Part shown: in pieces, positions 7,501 to 14,544 of the stretch
Numbering within the stretch: the first letter of the stretch is position 1
How the letters are laid out: the number at the start of each line of letters is the position of its first letter
Source of the DNA: Planctomycetota bacterium
GTDB taxonomy: Bacteria > Planctomycetota > Phycisphaerae > Sedimentisphaerales > Anaerobacaceae
Assembly (NCBI GenBank): GCA_017885385.1
Contig: JAFNGF010000143.1
Span: 9,884-45,175, forward strand
Reading direction: 5' to 3'
DNA length: 35,292 bases
Position numbers and translations under genes: made by a program
The notes under the pieces: generated by a model
Told to the model about the DNA's origin: nothing
Database searches by the model: none
Seen by the model: the letters and a program-made list of their open reading frames with translations, nothing else

Positions 7501-8432
7501 GCACCAGTTCCCTGCGTCCAGCTAAGGACCGCATCTGTCGGCACATCTGTGGCCCCATTTGCCGGGCTCGGATTTGCCGCTCTATGGCTAGGGGCAGGGG
7601 GACTAAGCATGTAACCAACCGCATTGAGAAACATCTGTGCTCCATCTACGTACAAATCACACATACCCGCCGTTTGTGAGTTCTTGCCACCGCTCTCGCG
7701 AGAGCCGGTCAGGAACACCAGCCGATGACCGGCCAGCGTGTCCGTTCCTGCACCACCCGCGTGCGTCAATGTGGCCCCAGCCTGCCATTCGGCAATAACC
7801 ATGCCCCCAACAGGACCATTGCCCGCTGCTGAAATCGTGGCCAGGACTGTCCCATTGTTTACTGGATCGGTATTAATAGAGATGCCCGCCGCCGTGGTGC
7901 CGTCGGTGGGATACGTGGCGAGCCCGGCATAAGGATTGATCATGGTACCGTCGGTCAGCGGGATTCCCGCGAAGATCGGGTGGGTCGGGTCATTGACAGT
8001 CAGCGTGATGTTCCCGGTGATGTCCGGTATTGTATTGCCGGTGGTGTACCCCATGCGGTTGTACCGCAGGGTGTAACCATTCAAGATGATCATGGGAGCG
8101 GAAATGGTGTTCCACGCTGTGGCTGAAGCGTTCTGATAATGGTTACTGGCAGCCGAGCGACTGATGATCACCAAATCCGCTCCATTAAGAAATGCCGGAT
8201 CAGGAGTGGCAGTCGTGATATAGCGCGTTACGTCGTAGCCGTTGGCAGTGAGCAGGTCGGTGTACCCCTTATCGGGCGCCTCGGTGAATCCAGCACCGCT
8301 AGCACCGTCCGATGGCGCATCATCAGCTCCATGGAAGGAGACCCAGACGATTGTCGCCGCTTGTGCCGATGAGACAGCCGCCAAACCAAACGCAAGGAAC
8401 ATGACAATTAGGAAAAGCAGTCGTCTACACAT
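4554..8432 (-). CDS. giant (1292 aa) secreted protein: N-terminal alpha/beta domain, FN3/Ig-like module, PA14-like domain, second FN3/Ig-like module, about 20 parallel beta-helix repeats, C-terminal Ig-like domain
   Basis: ATG 8430-8432 has GGAGG about 7 nt upstream. The signal peptide is MCRRLLFLIVMFLAFGLAAVSSAQA. The PA14-like stretch contains GNYTFWIASDDQSQLWLS..LAVAWQGP (aa ~383-538). PbH1/NosD-type units NTLTGNTxNSNxxGIxL span aa ~665-1130. The frame is uninterrupted for 1292 codons. Confidence 0.9.
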   Translation of the reverse strand: MCRRLLFLIVMFLAFGLAAVSSAQAATIVWVSFHGADDAPSDGASGAGFTEAPDKGYTDLLTANGYDVTRYITTATPDPAFLNGADLVIISRSAASNHYQNASATAWNTISAPMIILNGYTLRYNRMGYTTGNTIPDITGNITLTVNDPTHPIFAGIPLTDGTMINPYAGLATYPTDGTTAAGISINTDPVNNGTVLATISAAGNGPVGGMVIAEWQAGATLTHAGGAGTDTLAGHRLVFLTGSRESGGKNSQTAGMCDLYVDGAQMFLNAVGYMLSPPAPSHRAANPSPANGATDVPTDAVLSWTQGTGAISHHIYFGTNQADVAAGTPSTDMGTQIGTSYDPPGTLSYGTTYYWRIDEFDGATTYTGNIWRFTTQGQGAGNILFEYFWGTNETLETLFNLPTFPDSPDRSELRTSFEGPINWRDNYGTHVRGYLYPPQTGNYTFWIASDDQSQLWLSTDEDPAHAVQIASVPGWTPSRDFDRTPEQRSSEIALEAGRIYYIEALHSEGGGDDNLAVAWQGPTIPTRAIISGTFLSPWITFKAANPSPGNGATDVPTDIALNWTPGSGAISHHIYFGTNQADVVSGTGGTDKGTQIETTYTPEVLAYGTTYYWRIHEFDGATTYTGNIWSFTTTAISIPTNTSVGTWDPVTRTYTLTQDVTGSIRIDQDNLTLDGAGHRVVGPGSGDGVALFARTGVTVKNLNIQSFGNGIYIGNSSGNTLTGNTTNLNGRGIALDYSENNTLEGNNSESNTGPGINLWHSSGNNLTGNTNNSNGVGISLDNSTGNTLTGNVCESNAWCGIAIHDSSNGNTLNNNTCNSSTDYDGIGLYNSTGNTLTGNICESNKRAGIWLENSTGNTITTNTCSSNDGAGINLWGSSNNNNLIGNTNNSNNVGIDLHACDNNTLEGNNSELNTWAGINLYYSNGSTLTGNTNNSHNVGICLDYSIGNNLTDNTCNSSSWAGIRLYYSEKNNLTGNTNSLNGEGINLQNSTGNTLTDNTCSLNNGNGIAIWESSNNTLTGNTCNSNNDNGISLYHSQDHNLTDNIAELNTWSGINLDNSSGNTLTGNRVNLEFAGISLGESNNNTLSHNTCSSSTWAGIQLNNSNVNTIYNNNFISNHVQAHVDGGSGNVFNLDAPIGGNFWSDWTTPDGNHDRIVDSPYVFSGGQDNLPWTCQDGWLLLAIGIDIYPNQTPNRVYLSKNYTISVVVFGSASFNVTTLNSSTVRFGRTGAEAAPVRAPTIRDMNADGLPDAMYGFLTFKCGFKLGDTEGILTGSTTSGVLIEGRDSVLVSP
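5043..6440 (-). repeat. about 20 degenerate ~66-nt coding repeats (parallel beta-helix coils)
   Basis: The core GTGTTGCCTGTTAGGGTATTGCC recurs with small variations near 5228, 5368, 5434, 5636, 5913, 6056 and 6256 on the plus strand. Confidence 0.8.
6528..6803 (-). repeat. coding duplicate R2 of the ANPSPxNGATDVPTD...YYWRIxEFDGATTYTGNIW module
   Basis: The module covers aa 544-635. The 43 nt at 6541-6583 are identical to 7315-7357, and 6585-6599 equals 7359-7373. The offset is exactly 774 nt (258 codons). Confidence 0.9.
7305..7580 (-). repeat. coding duplicate R1 of the same module
   Basis: The module covers aa 285-376. See R2 for the identity details. The two copies bracket the PA14-like domain. 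Confidence 0.9.
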
Positions 8433-8837
8433 AATAGTCCTCCCTCAAAATGGTCAAACAACAATGACGATAACACACGATGCTTTCGCACATTATTATT
8501 GGACATGTAGGAACAATCCTCCATTCTTGTCTTGCACGTACTTTTGCCGCCAATATCTTTTACCAGTATAGCCGCTAAGTGCGGAAAGTCAAGAAATAGG
8601 AGTGGATTTTGGGGATTTTCTAATAAGCTCCATCGCATCTCAGGCTCAAACGGCGTTCTTGCCAGCGAAAATGCGGTTTTAGGTACCTATGAGGGTGTAT
8701 TGCAGGATTTTAAGTCCCCAGCGTCTGCTTTGTGCTCTTATGATCTTGTCCACTTTTCCTTTTATTTCTCATCGAAGTTCAGGCTCGCGAATCGCCCGTG
8801 ATGTATTCCCAACTTGCATCCTTCGGCACAGTTTATC

Positions 8838-8914
8838 CTGAGCGCAGCCGAACGGGCTCAGAGCCTGCCCTGAGCGGAGTTGAAGGGACAGGTTCTACGA
8901 CCGGGCAGTAGAAC
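8838..8914. repeat. cluster of three short palindromic units
   Basis: The units are CTGAGC-12 nt-GCTCAG (8839-8862), CCCT-GAGCGGAGTTGA-AGGG (8868-8887) and GTTCTAC-GACCGGGCA-GTAGAAC (8892-8914). Confidence 0.4.
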
Positions 8915-9004
8915 CCTAAAGTTGGCATTGGCCACACACCAGAAAGGCCTGGCAGGCTGTGGTGCTGTCAGCCCCTTTTCCGGCCTTTTATGTTGAAAAT
9001 TCGC

Positions 9005-9034
9005 TTGACGCCGACCTTCCCGGTTGTGTATGAT
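9005..9034 (+). promoter_or_regulatory. promoter-like TTGACG-18 nt-TATGAT pointing into the purine heptamer array
   Basis: TTGACG lies at 9005-9010 and TATGAT at 9029-9034. This is a motif match only, with no supporting gene downstream. Confidence 0.25.
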
Positions 9035-9069
9035 ACATATATAACTAAATTAAATAGAATCGCAATACT

Positions 9070-9216
9070 AACAGATGACAGATGACAGAAGACAGACGAC
9101 AGAAGACAGAAGACGGAGGACAGAAGACAGATGACGGAAGACAGAGGACAGAGGACAGAGGACGGAAGACAGATGACGGAAGACGGAGGACAGAAGACAG
9201 AAGACAGAAGATAGAA
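9070..9216. repeat. 21 tandem heptamers, consensus GAC(A/G)GAN (plus strand about 6/7 purine)
   Basis: Counted unit by unit: AACAGAT GACAGAT GACAGAA GACAGAC GACAGAA GACAGAA GACGGAG GACAGAA GACAGAT GACGGAA GACAGAG x3 GACGGAA GACAGAT GACGGAA GACGGAG GACAGAA x3 GATAGAA. Confidence 0.95.
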
Positions 9217-9315
9217 TAGGGAAACCAGGGAACCAAGGTAACAGGGTGCAGGTGAGCAGGATAACAGGGAATCAGGATGCAGGAGATCAGCAGGCCAAGG
9301 AATCAGGATGCAGCC
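9217..9315. repeat. degenerate ~8-nt periodic purine-rich array phased on CAGG/AAGG
   Basis: The units read AACCAGGG AACCAAGG TAACAGGG TGCAGGTG AGCAGGAT AACAGGGA ATCAGGAT GCAGGAGA TCAGCAGG CCAAGGAA TCAGGATG. The array directly abuts the heptamer array. Confidence 0.6.
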
Positions 9316-9501
9316 AACTTGTTCGACAATTGTCGAGGATCCTCTACAAATCGGCCCCTTTTTATGCAAAACAAAGCCAATTTCTGTAAAGGCCAAATGA
9401 ACGCAAACTCAATAATAACAAGGGACTATGAAAAAAGATGGGCTTTGAGAGTCGAGCAAAAACAAAGCCAATCAAACCCAATTATACTTAGCATCTTGAT
9501 T

Positions 9502-10707
9502 TCAATGTGCGATGATGCTGGATATTCTAAAGACCGGCAGCAATAGGGCAATCGCAATAGTGCCGATGATTGTGCCGAGGACCGTGATCATTAGCGGCTC
9601 TATAAGAATCATAACGTTCTTGATTGAGCCTTGGAGCTTCTTTTCATAGAAGACAGACATCTTATCACAGACCTCGCCCAGCCTGCCGCTTTTTTCTCCT
9701 GCTCGCAGCATCTGGATAATGCCGGGTGCGATTAACCAGCCGCGCGGCGAAATCAGAATCGAGTCGGACAACTGGTAGCCGTCACGAATTTTGTCGCTCA
9801 CATCGGTCCAAAGCTCCTGAAAATAGGAATTCTGACACGAGCCTTGTATTACCTGTATTGATTCCAGCACTCTGACGCCCGTATTGACCATCGTGGCCAT
9901 AATGCGCATGCTGCGGCCCACCACCATATCGACAAACATTGTGCCGATCACGGGCGTGCGGATTTTGACGGTATCAATCACCCGACGGCCGATCGCGGTG
10001 CGGGACAAATAGTATAGTGCCACCGAAAGCAATATACCCGCGGTCACGACAGCGGTCATTATCTGGAAATTGCCCAGTATCTTACTGAAGCCCACCAAGA
10101 TCTGCGTAAGTTTGGGAAGTGCCGCACCTCTGGCTTCGTAAATCCTCATGAACCGCGGCAGAACAAAGAACATAAGCGTTCCGGTCGCGGCCACCGCCAT
10201 CAGGGCCATTATAAATGGATACGTAAGCGCTCCTTTTATGCTCTTACGAGTTTCAGCCTCAAAGCTTAGATAGCCGCTGAGCACGCTCAGCATTTCTGCC
10301 ATTCTGCCGGACGCCTCTGACGCCTTGACCATACTTATAAACATCGAATTAAAAACTCTCGGATAGGGAGTCAGCGCCTGCGAAAAATTTTCGCCGCCTT
10401 TGACCCTTTCAGCTATATTCATAATTATCGTCCTGAATGCTCCCTGCTCAGCCTGCTCGGCGATGGCGTCCAGAGCATCGCTCAGCACCACGCCGCTATC
10501 GAGCATCACCGACAGCTCCGTAGTGAACAGTATCAGCTCCGCGTGCTTTACTTTTGCCCTATGTAGCCCACCTGGTGACCCAAGGTCTGGGTGACTGAGC
10601 GGCTGAGGGGGGCCTTTCGGCGCGGTGCTTTCCACCTGATTAGCCGTTGGGGACGAATTTGGCGTTGATTTTATTGTTGCCACAGTCATTGTTTTCGCAC
10701 TCACCAC
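9502..10707 (-). CDS. gspF: type II secretion / type IV pilus platform protein (GspF/PilC family)
   Basis: The protein is about 400 aa with the duplicated T2SSF-type organisation and three hydrophobic segments (YPFIMALMAVAATGTLMFFVL, IMTAVVTAGILLSVALYYL, LMITVLGTIIGTIAIALLLPV). It starts 11 nt after the ATPase gene. The start is uncertain: 10707 is GTG, and an ATG is available at 10689. Confidence 0.9.
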   Translation of the reverse strand: MVSAKTMTVATIKSTPNSSPTANQVESTAPKGPPQPLSHPDLGSPGGLHRAKVKHAELILFTTELSVMLDSGVVLSDALDAIAEQAEQGAFRTIIMNIAERVKGGENFSQALTPYPRVFNSMFISMVKASEASGRMAEMLSVLSGYLSFEAETRKSIKGALTYPFIMALMAVAATGTLMFFVLPRFMRIYEARGAALPKLTQILVGFSKILGNFQIMTAVVTAGILLSVALYYLSRTAIGRRVIDTVKIRTPVIGTMFVDMVVGRSMRIMATMVNTGVRVLESIQVIQGSCQNSYFQELWTDVSDKIRDGYQLSDSILISPRGWLIAPGIIQMLRAGEKSGRLGEVCDKMSVFYEKKLQGSIKNVMILIEPLMITVLGTIIGTIAIALLLPVFRISSIIAH

Positions 10708-10718
10708 TGTAACAGATT

Positions 10719-12437
10719 TTATGGTTCTGCCTGGGTAGTTCTCAGTATCTCCTCAATAGAGACGATTCCGGCCTTTACCTTTTCAATTCCGTCTGCCTGC
10801 AGCGGAACCATTCCTTTTTCAAGCGCCTTTGCCCGGAGTTTCTTGGTGCTGATATGGTCGTCAATCATCTCTGCGATTTCATCATCGGGCACAAATAGCT
10901 CGTGAATAGCGATTCGGCCGACATAGCCCGTGTTGCGGCATTTTTTGCACCCTACGCCGCGGTGGAATTTGCCGACTCCCGTTGCCACTTTCTCAACGGC
11001 TCTTTTTATGCCGGCGGCCGGCTCATACTCGGTTTTGCAGCTGGCGCATATTTTGCGCACCAATCGCTGAGCCAGGACTCCAATCAAAGAAGCGCTGACC
11101 AGATATGGAGCAACCTTCAAGTCCACCAAACGTATCACCGCCCCGGGCGCGTCATTGGTATGCAGGGTCGACAAAACCAGATGGCCGGTCAGAGCCGCCT
11201 GTACCGCAATGTTGGCTGTGGCCTCATCGCGTACCTCGCCGACCATTACTATATCGGGGTCCTGCCGCAGCAGGCTCCGCAGAGCGGTGGAGAATTCAAA
11301 GCCCGCACTGCTGTTGACTTGAAACTGATTTATGCCCGATATGTTGCACTCCACAGGGTCTTCGACCGTGCAGATGTTTACCTCTTCCGTGTTTAGCTCA
11401 GATAGAGCAGCATATAGCGTGGTATTTTTGCCCGAACCGGTTGGTCCCGTCACCAGGACTATTCCATTAGGCGCCTGTATTATTTCTCTGAAACGCTGGA
11501 GGTTTTCGTAAGTGAATCCGAGCGACTCAAGATTATAGAAAACCTTCTGGGGGTCGAGGACCCTGATAACGACCTTTTCGCCGAAATTGGCGGGCATAAC
11601 GGATACCCGCAGATCGATCGGTCTGCCTTCGACCAGCACGTGAATGCCGCCATCCTGCGGCAGACGGCGCTGAGCAATGTCGAGCTCCGCCATAATCTTG
11701 ATGCGAGAGACTATTGCCGGATGCATCTGATGCGGTGGACGCAGCTTCTCATAGAGTTTGCCGTCCACACGATATCTGACGCGAAGTTTTTTGTCGTCAG
11801 GCTCAATGTGAATGTCACTGGCGTTTTCCTTAACGGCGTTATAAAGCAAATAATTGACGAGTTTGACGACCGGCGACTGACCCGCCACCTCCTCAAGGTT
11901 GCCGATATCCTGGGTGATGTTCTCCAAAAGCGTAAAATCTTCCAGTCCCTTGTCGTCGATAATATCGTCAATGACAAAGACGTTGGCGGCGGGCAAATAC
12001 GTCTGCAGCGTAGCTTTGATGTCCTTTGTAGTTGCGCATACCACCTGGACCTTGCAGCCGCTTATACGCCCTATTTCATCAATCAAGAATACGTTTGTAG
12101 GCTCACTCACCGCTACGGTCAGCACGTCACAAACCTTAAATAGCGGCAGTATAATATGCTCTTCGAGAAACTCTCTGGGCAGAATTTCCAACGCTTTTGG
12201 GTCACAAATCTTGGGGCTGACCTGGGCGTACGGCACGCTGTATGCCTCAGCCAGAGCCGCGGCTATCTGATTTTCGGTGCAGTAGGCCATCTCGACCAGA
12301 AGCTCGCCGAGCAGCTTGCGATGGCCCTTTTCCTTCTGTTCGGTAAGGGCCTTTTCAATTTGCTCGGCCGTCACGACCCCTCGCGCCAGCAGCAGCTGCC
12401 CTAGCTGAGTCTTGTTTTCCACCGCTATTTGAGCCAT
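10719..12437 (-). CDS. gspE: GspE/PilB-family secretion ATPase with an MshEN/T2SSE_N-type N-terminal domain
   Basis: Motifs read: Walker A GPTGSGKNTT, Asp box VEDPVE, Walker B DPDIVMVGEVRD, His box GHLVLSTLHTN, and tetracysteine CASC...CKKC. The N-terminus QLGQLLLARGVVTAEQIEKALTEQ fits the 24-residue MshEN motif. Confidence 0.95.
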   Translation of the reverse strand: MAQIAVENKTQLGQLLLARGVVTAEQIEKALTEQKEKGHRKLLGELLVEMAYCTENQIAAALAEAYSVPYAQVSPKICDPKALEILPREFLEEHIILPLFKVCDVLTVAVSEPTNVFLIDEIGRISGCKVQVVCATTKDIKATLQTYLPAANVFVIDDIIDDKGLEDFTLLENITQDIGNLEEVAGQSPVVKLVNYLLYNAVKENASDIHIEPDDKKLRVRYRVDGKLYEKLRPPHQMHPAIVSRIKIMAELDIAQRRLPQDGGIHVLVEGRPIDLRVSVMPANFGEKVVIRVLDPQKVFYNLESLGFTYENLQRFREIIQAPNGIVLVTGPTGSGKNTTLYAALSELNTEEVNICTVEDPVECNISGINQFQVNSSAGFEFSTALRSLLRQDPDIVMVGEVRDEATANIAVQAALTGHLVLSTLHTNDAPGAVIRLVDLKVAPYLVSASLIGVLAQRLVRKICASCKTEYEPAAGIKRAVEKVATGVGKFHRGVGCKKCRNTGYVGRIAIHELFVPDDEIAEMIDDHISTKKLRAKALEKGMVPLQADGIEKVKAGIVSIEEILRTTQAEP

Positions 12438-12470
12438 AATTGCTATTTTATTTGAATTTGGTGATTGTTC

Positions 12471-12806
12471 CTACGCGAAACTCTTTACGGCTTCTGCCAG
12501 CTCCGTGTAGCGGTCAAATTCGTTGTCGAGCCGAGTGACTTCCAGAATTTTCGCGCAGTTTTCATCAAGCCCTGCCAGTCTAAGCTGGGTTTTATTCTCG
12601 CTGCAGTGCTGCTGCATCCACAGCAATAGTTCCAATCCCTGGCTGTCGATAAATCCGACGGCGCGCATATCAAGGACTAAGCCAGCTCTGCGTTTTGCGG
12701 TCACATTGGTAATTGTGTTACGAAGCAGCTCTGTAAAATCGGCATCCAGCTCGCCCTGCAGCGCGATCACCGTGACATCGCCATAATCTTGGGTCTTGAC
12801 TTTCAT
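12471..12806 (-). CDS. STAS-domain protein (anti-sigma-factor-antagonist fold)
   Basis: The translation MKVKTQDYGDVTVIALQGELDA...LVLDMRAVGFIDSQGLELLL is typical of SpoIIAA/STAS proteins. Its ATG overlaps the upstream stop (ATGA at 12803-12806). Confidence 0.85.
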   Translation of the reverse strand: MKVKTQDYGDVTVIALQGELDADFTELLRNTITNVTAKRRAGLVLDMRAVGFIDSQGLELLLWMQQHCSENKTQLRLAGLDENCAKILEVTRLDNEFDRYTELAEAVKSFA

Positions 12807-14503
12807 CTGATTAGCACTCCCACCGCAGCGGTGCCGTACTCTGAAACGCCGTAACTGCGGTAAACTTCACTGCTGCCGTTCTGGATAATGTCCCACAGCT
12901 GATAGACTTCGCTGTTAAGAAAGACTCTGCCGACCTTCTCATCAAACTGCGTGCCCAGGCCGTTCTTTATCTCTGCCAGCGCGTCTTCGACGGTTCTTGC
13001 GTCTCTGTACGTCCGCTTAGAGGTCATTGCGTCGAAGCTATCGGCTAGGCCGACGATTTTGCCTACCAACGGTATCTGGGCGGCGGCCAAGCCATTGGGA
13101 TACCCACGCCCATCCGCGCGCTCATGGTGGCACAATACGCCCGGCACAATGTCACGCATCTGCTTAATCCCACCTAAGATGCCGGCTCCGATGGAAGGAT
13201 GTCTTCTTATGCGCTCCAGCTCTTGCTCGGTCAGCCGGCCCTGCTTACGCAGCACGGCTTCATCTATCCCAATTTTGCCGATGTCGTGCAGCAGGCCGGC
13301 CAGGTATATCTTGTGTATCTGCTCCTGCTCTAACGGCTCGATGTGGGCAACTCTCTCGGCAATCCATCGGGAGATGAGCGCAACCCGTTCGGAGTGGCCT
13401 CGCGTGTACTTATCCTTGGCATCGATACTGCTGGTCAGCGCTTTTAACGAGCCTATGAACAGCTCTTTAAGGTCGTTGAAAAGCCTGCCGTTTTCGATAA
13501 ACACCGCGCAGCCGCCGGCGACAGAGTTGAACAGTTTCACGTCGGTGCTGTCGAAATCCGGCTTGTCGAGCCTGTTTATGGCAACCATCAGTCCTATGAT
13601 GCAGTCGCCGGTTTTAGTTCTGTGTGTGAAGTGCGAATCTGCCCCTTCTTTTCCGCATAGCGGCACCGCGATAATGTTTTTTATGTTTGCCGGCCAGGCA
13701 TATTTGAAAGGAGAATCCACTTCGCTATCGAGCAGGGCTTCCTTGCCGCCGTTTATTTCGTCGACCAGTCGGCCATGCAATAAGGCCGCCGTATGCTCAT
13801 CTATATCTATCAGCCCGGACCCAGCCGCCAAGGCCAGCTTCTTTTCGCTGTCGACCGTCTTTTCCAGCAGTATTGCGATACCCTCGACAAGAACGATCTC
13901 GGTCAGACTATCACAAGCCATCTGGAGAAAGTTGGCGTCCGGCTCAGTGACCTTCATGTGTGTGCTGAGCTTGTGGAGCAGCACCAGCTCTTCATAGGTT
14001 TGGGATAGCTCAGCACTGATAACTTCAATTTCTTGCTCGGTCTTAAACGAGGATTCAAAACTCTCTACCAAAAGTCCCAGCATTTCACTTAAAGCCACTT
14101 CGGGCATTTGATATCTCTGGTCAACCTCTTTGTCCGTGTCAGAATGCAGACGTTTACCGAGGTCGATCAGGGCAGCTCCAACCACTTTGGCCTGCCCGTT
14201 TCTGTTGGAGGCTGGTTTTAAAGCGGCAGCCAAAACCGTGCTGCTCGTTGCGTGTACTGGATCCGCTTCTGACGCATCGCTGTCAGACGCGCTCGTGCTG
14301 GTACACATCACGCATAGCGCTTGGCGTGTTAGCTCGCCAGCGTTGCTTTCAAATCTGCCAGCTCCACGCAGCAAGACAAGCTCACCGTCGGCATCGTAAA
14401 CTGCAAAATTAGCGCCGAGCTTGTTTACCCTGCCGCCAAACCTCTTTAACTGGTGCATCTGCGATTGGCTGAGACTCTTGCCGGTTGTTGTCAACATAAG
14501 CAT
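12803..14503 (-). CDS. GAF-domain HD-GYP phosphohydrolase (putative c-di-GMP phosphodiesterase)
   Basis: HD is read at aa 406-407 (LLHDIGK). HHERADGRGYP (aa 459-469) is a complete HD-GYP signature. A GAF-like region spans aa ~185-340. The N-terminal ~170 aa are unassigned. Confidence 0.9.
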   Translation of the reverse strand: MLMLTTTGKSLSQSQMHQLKRFGGRVNKLGANFAVYDADGELVLLRGAGRFESNAGELTRQALCVMCTSTSASDSDASEADPVHATSSTVLAAALKPASNRNGQAKVVGAALIDLGKRLHSDTDKEVDQRYQMPEVALSEMLGLLVESFESSFKTEQEIEVISAELSQTYEELVLLHKLSTHMKVTEPDANFLQMACDSLTEIVLVEGIAILLEKTVDSEKKLALAAGSGLIDIDEHTAALLHGRLVDEINGGKEALLDSEVDSPFKYAWPANIKNIIAVPLCGKEGADSHFTHRTKTGDCIIGLMVAINRLDKPDFDSTDVKLFNSVAGGCAVFIENGRLFNDLKELFIGSLKALTSSIDAKDKYTRGHSERVALISRWIAERVAHIEPLEQEQIHKIYLAGLLHDIGKIGIDEAVLRKQGRLTEQELERIRRHPSIGAGILGGIKQMRDIVPGVLCHHERADGRGYPNGLAAAQIPLVGKIVGLADSFDAMTSKRTYRDARTVEDALAEIKNGLGTQFDEKVGRVFLNSEVYQLWDIIQNGSSEVYRSYGVSEYGTAAVGVLIR

Positions 14504-14544
14504 GCCCTAAGTTTATCGAACGGGTGAGCCTAAATCCTAATCCA

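Noticed and set aside
9070-9216. Possible CRISPR array
   Set aside because: The period is 7 nt with no unique spacers and no cas genes. It is a microsatellite-like tandem repeat.
8968-9396. 142-aa minus-strand ORF (..SSVFCLLSSVFCHLSSV..)
   Set aside because: It is a translation of the heptamer array in rotating frames and therefore a low-complexity artefact, not a gene.
12951-13997. 348-aa plus-strand ORF
   Set aside because: It lies entirely antisense to the HD-GYP gene, which has unambiguous catalytic motifs. Its translation is Ser/Pro/Ala/Arg-rich and low in complexity, with no ribosome-binding site. The same reasoning applies to 17096..18019 (antisense to the secretin), 10902..11396 and 11640..12143 (antisense to gspE), 22679..23344 (antisense to the LamG pilin), 25662..26336 and 15771..16091.
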